Assembly (NCBI GenBank): GCA_045564835.1
Contig: JBJLGN010000024.1
Span: 6,265-70,264, forward strand
Direction: 5' to 3'
DNA: 64,000 bases
Source of the DNA: Dehalococcoidia bacterium
Lineage (GTDB): Bacteria > Chloroflexota > Dehalococcoidia > Lucifugimonadales > GCA-002694895
Below, one piece after another: positions 63,537-64,000 of the stretch. The stretch's first letter is position 1; every line of letters starts with the position of its first letter. A program made the position numbers and the translations under genes. The notes beneath the pieces were generated by a model that did not search any database, was not told the DNA's origin, and worked only from the letters and a program-made list of their open reading frames with translations.

Positions 63537-64000
63537 TAGCCGCCTATTTTAAACATTTCAACTTTTTCAGAATCTAATTTTCCAAGAGATCTTAATACCG
63601 AATACTGATCAGATCTATTTATCCATATCTGTTTTATATAATCTTCCAAATCTTTCAAACTAGTTTTTCTTATTTGCGTTCTCAAATCATGCCCCTTGTT
63701 TGTAAATAAGCAAGTATACATCAATCCATCTGCAGTAATTCTAGATCTAGTACAATCTGCACAAAAAGGTTTTGAAACCGACGATATTATACCAATTTCT
63801 CCTATCCCGTCCTCAAACCCATATCTGCTAGCAACTTCTCCGTAATAATTTGATTCCAAGGGAATTAATTTATGTTTTTTTTCAATAGTTTGAATTATTT
63901 CCTTAGCACTTACTACATCTTCAGGTTTCCAGCCATTAATATTTCCTACATCCATATATTCTATATACCTAATAATTAATTTATTCTTTCTTCCAAATTC
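63536..64000 (-). CDS. moaA: GTP 3-prime,8-cyclase MoaA, C-terminal part (5-prime end beyond the window)
   Basis: The frame is open to the window edge (..LIIRYIEYMDVGNINGW..C..C.R.R.TADG..). The stop overlaps the downstream ATG (TAATG). Confidence 0.8.
   Translation of the reverse strand, partial: EFGRKNKLIIRYIEYMDVGNINGWKPEDVVSAKEIIQTIEKKHKLIPLESNYYGEVASRYGFEDGIGEIGIISSVSKPFCADCTRSRITADGLMYTCLFTNKGHDLRTQIRKTSLKDLEDYIKQIWINRSDQYSVLRSLGKLDSEKVEMFKIGG

Overview
This is an AT-rich (roughly 30% GC by eye), very gene-dense bacterial chromosomal segment made almost entirely of core housekeeping genes. It carries rpoB-rpoC, a complete F1Fo ATP synthase operon, nusA-infB-rbfA-truB, rplU-rpmA, rpmE, leuS/leuB and thrB-lysC. 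It also carries trpA, an AroH-type chorismate mutase, a class I DAHP synthase, ribF-tyrS, the glycine cleavage system with a split P protein, citrate synthase, rex, gdhA, gatCA, pth, moaA and two tRNAs. I saw no mobile element, CRISPR array or recognisable defence system. Five things stand out. (1) In a ~5.7 kb interval (41.26-46.87 kb), seven of eight consecutive genes (atpB, a DUF151 nuclease-like gene, pyrF, modC, modB, modA, moeB; the short atpZ/atpI ORF between them reads through) are each broken by several frameshifts. By hand count that is at least 30 breaks plus one in-frame TAA. The ~41 kb upstream and ~17 kb downstream are essentially intact. This is either an uncorrected low-quality consensus patch, which I think more likely, or a very unusual localized indel burst or recoding. 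(2) Three tandem collagen-like (G-X-Y) lipoproteins with a shared C-terminal domain sit at the left edge. (3) An RNase HI-MoaC fusion ORF is translationally coupled to moaA. (4) Perfect in-frame tandem DNA repeats form low-complexity tails on ribosomal protein L21 and NusA. (5) A gene is split at an A8 tract. The taxon cannot be assigned from this window. The F420 ligase, Rex, split GcvP and lipoprotein signals would fit a streamlined Actinomycetota- or Chloroflexota-like organism, but that is inference only. All coordinates of frame junctions were derived by hand and are approximate.
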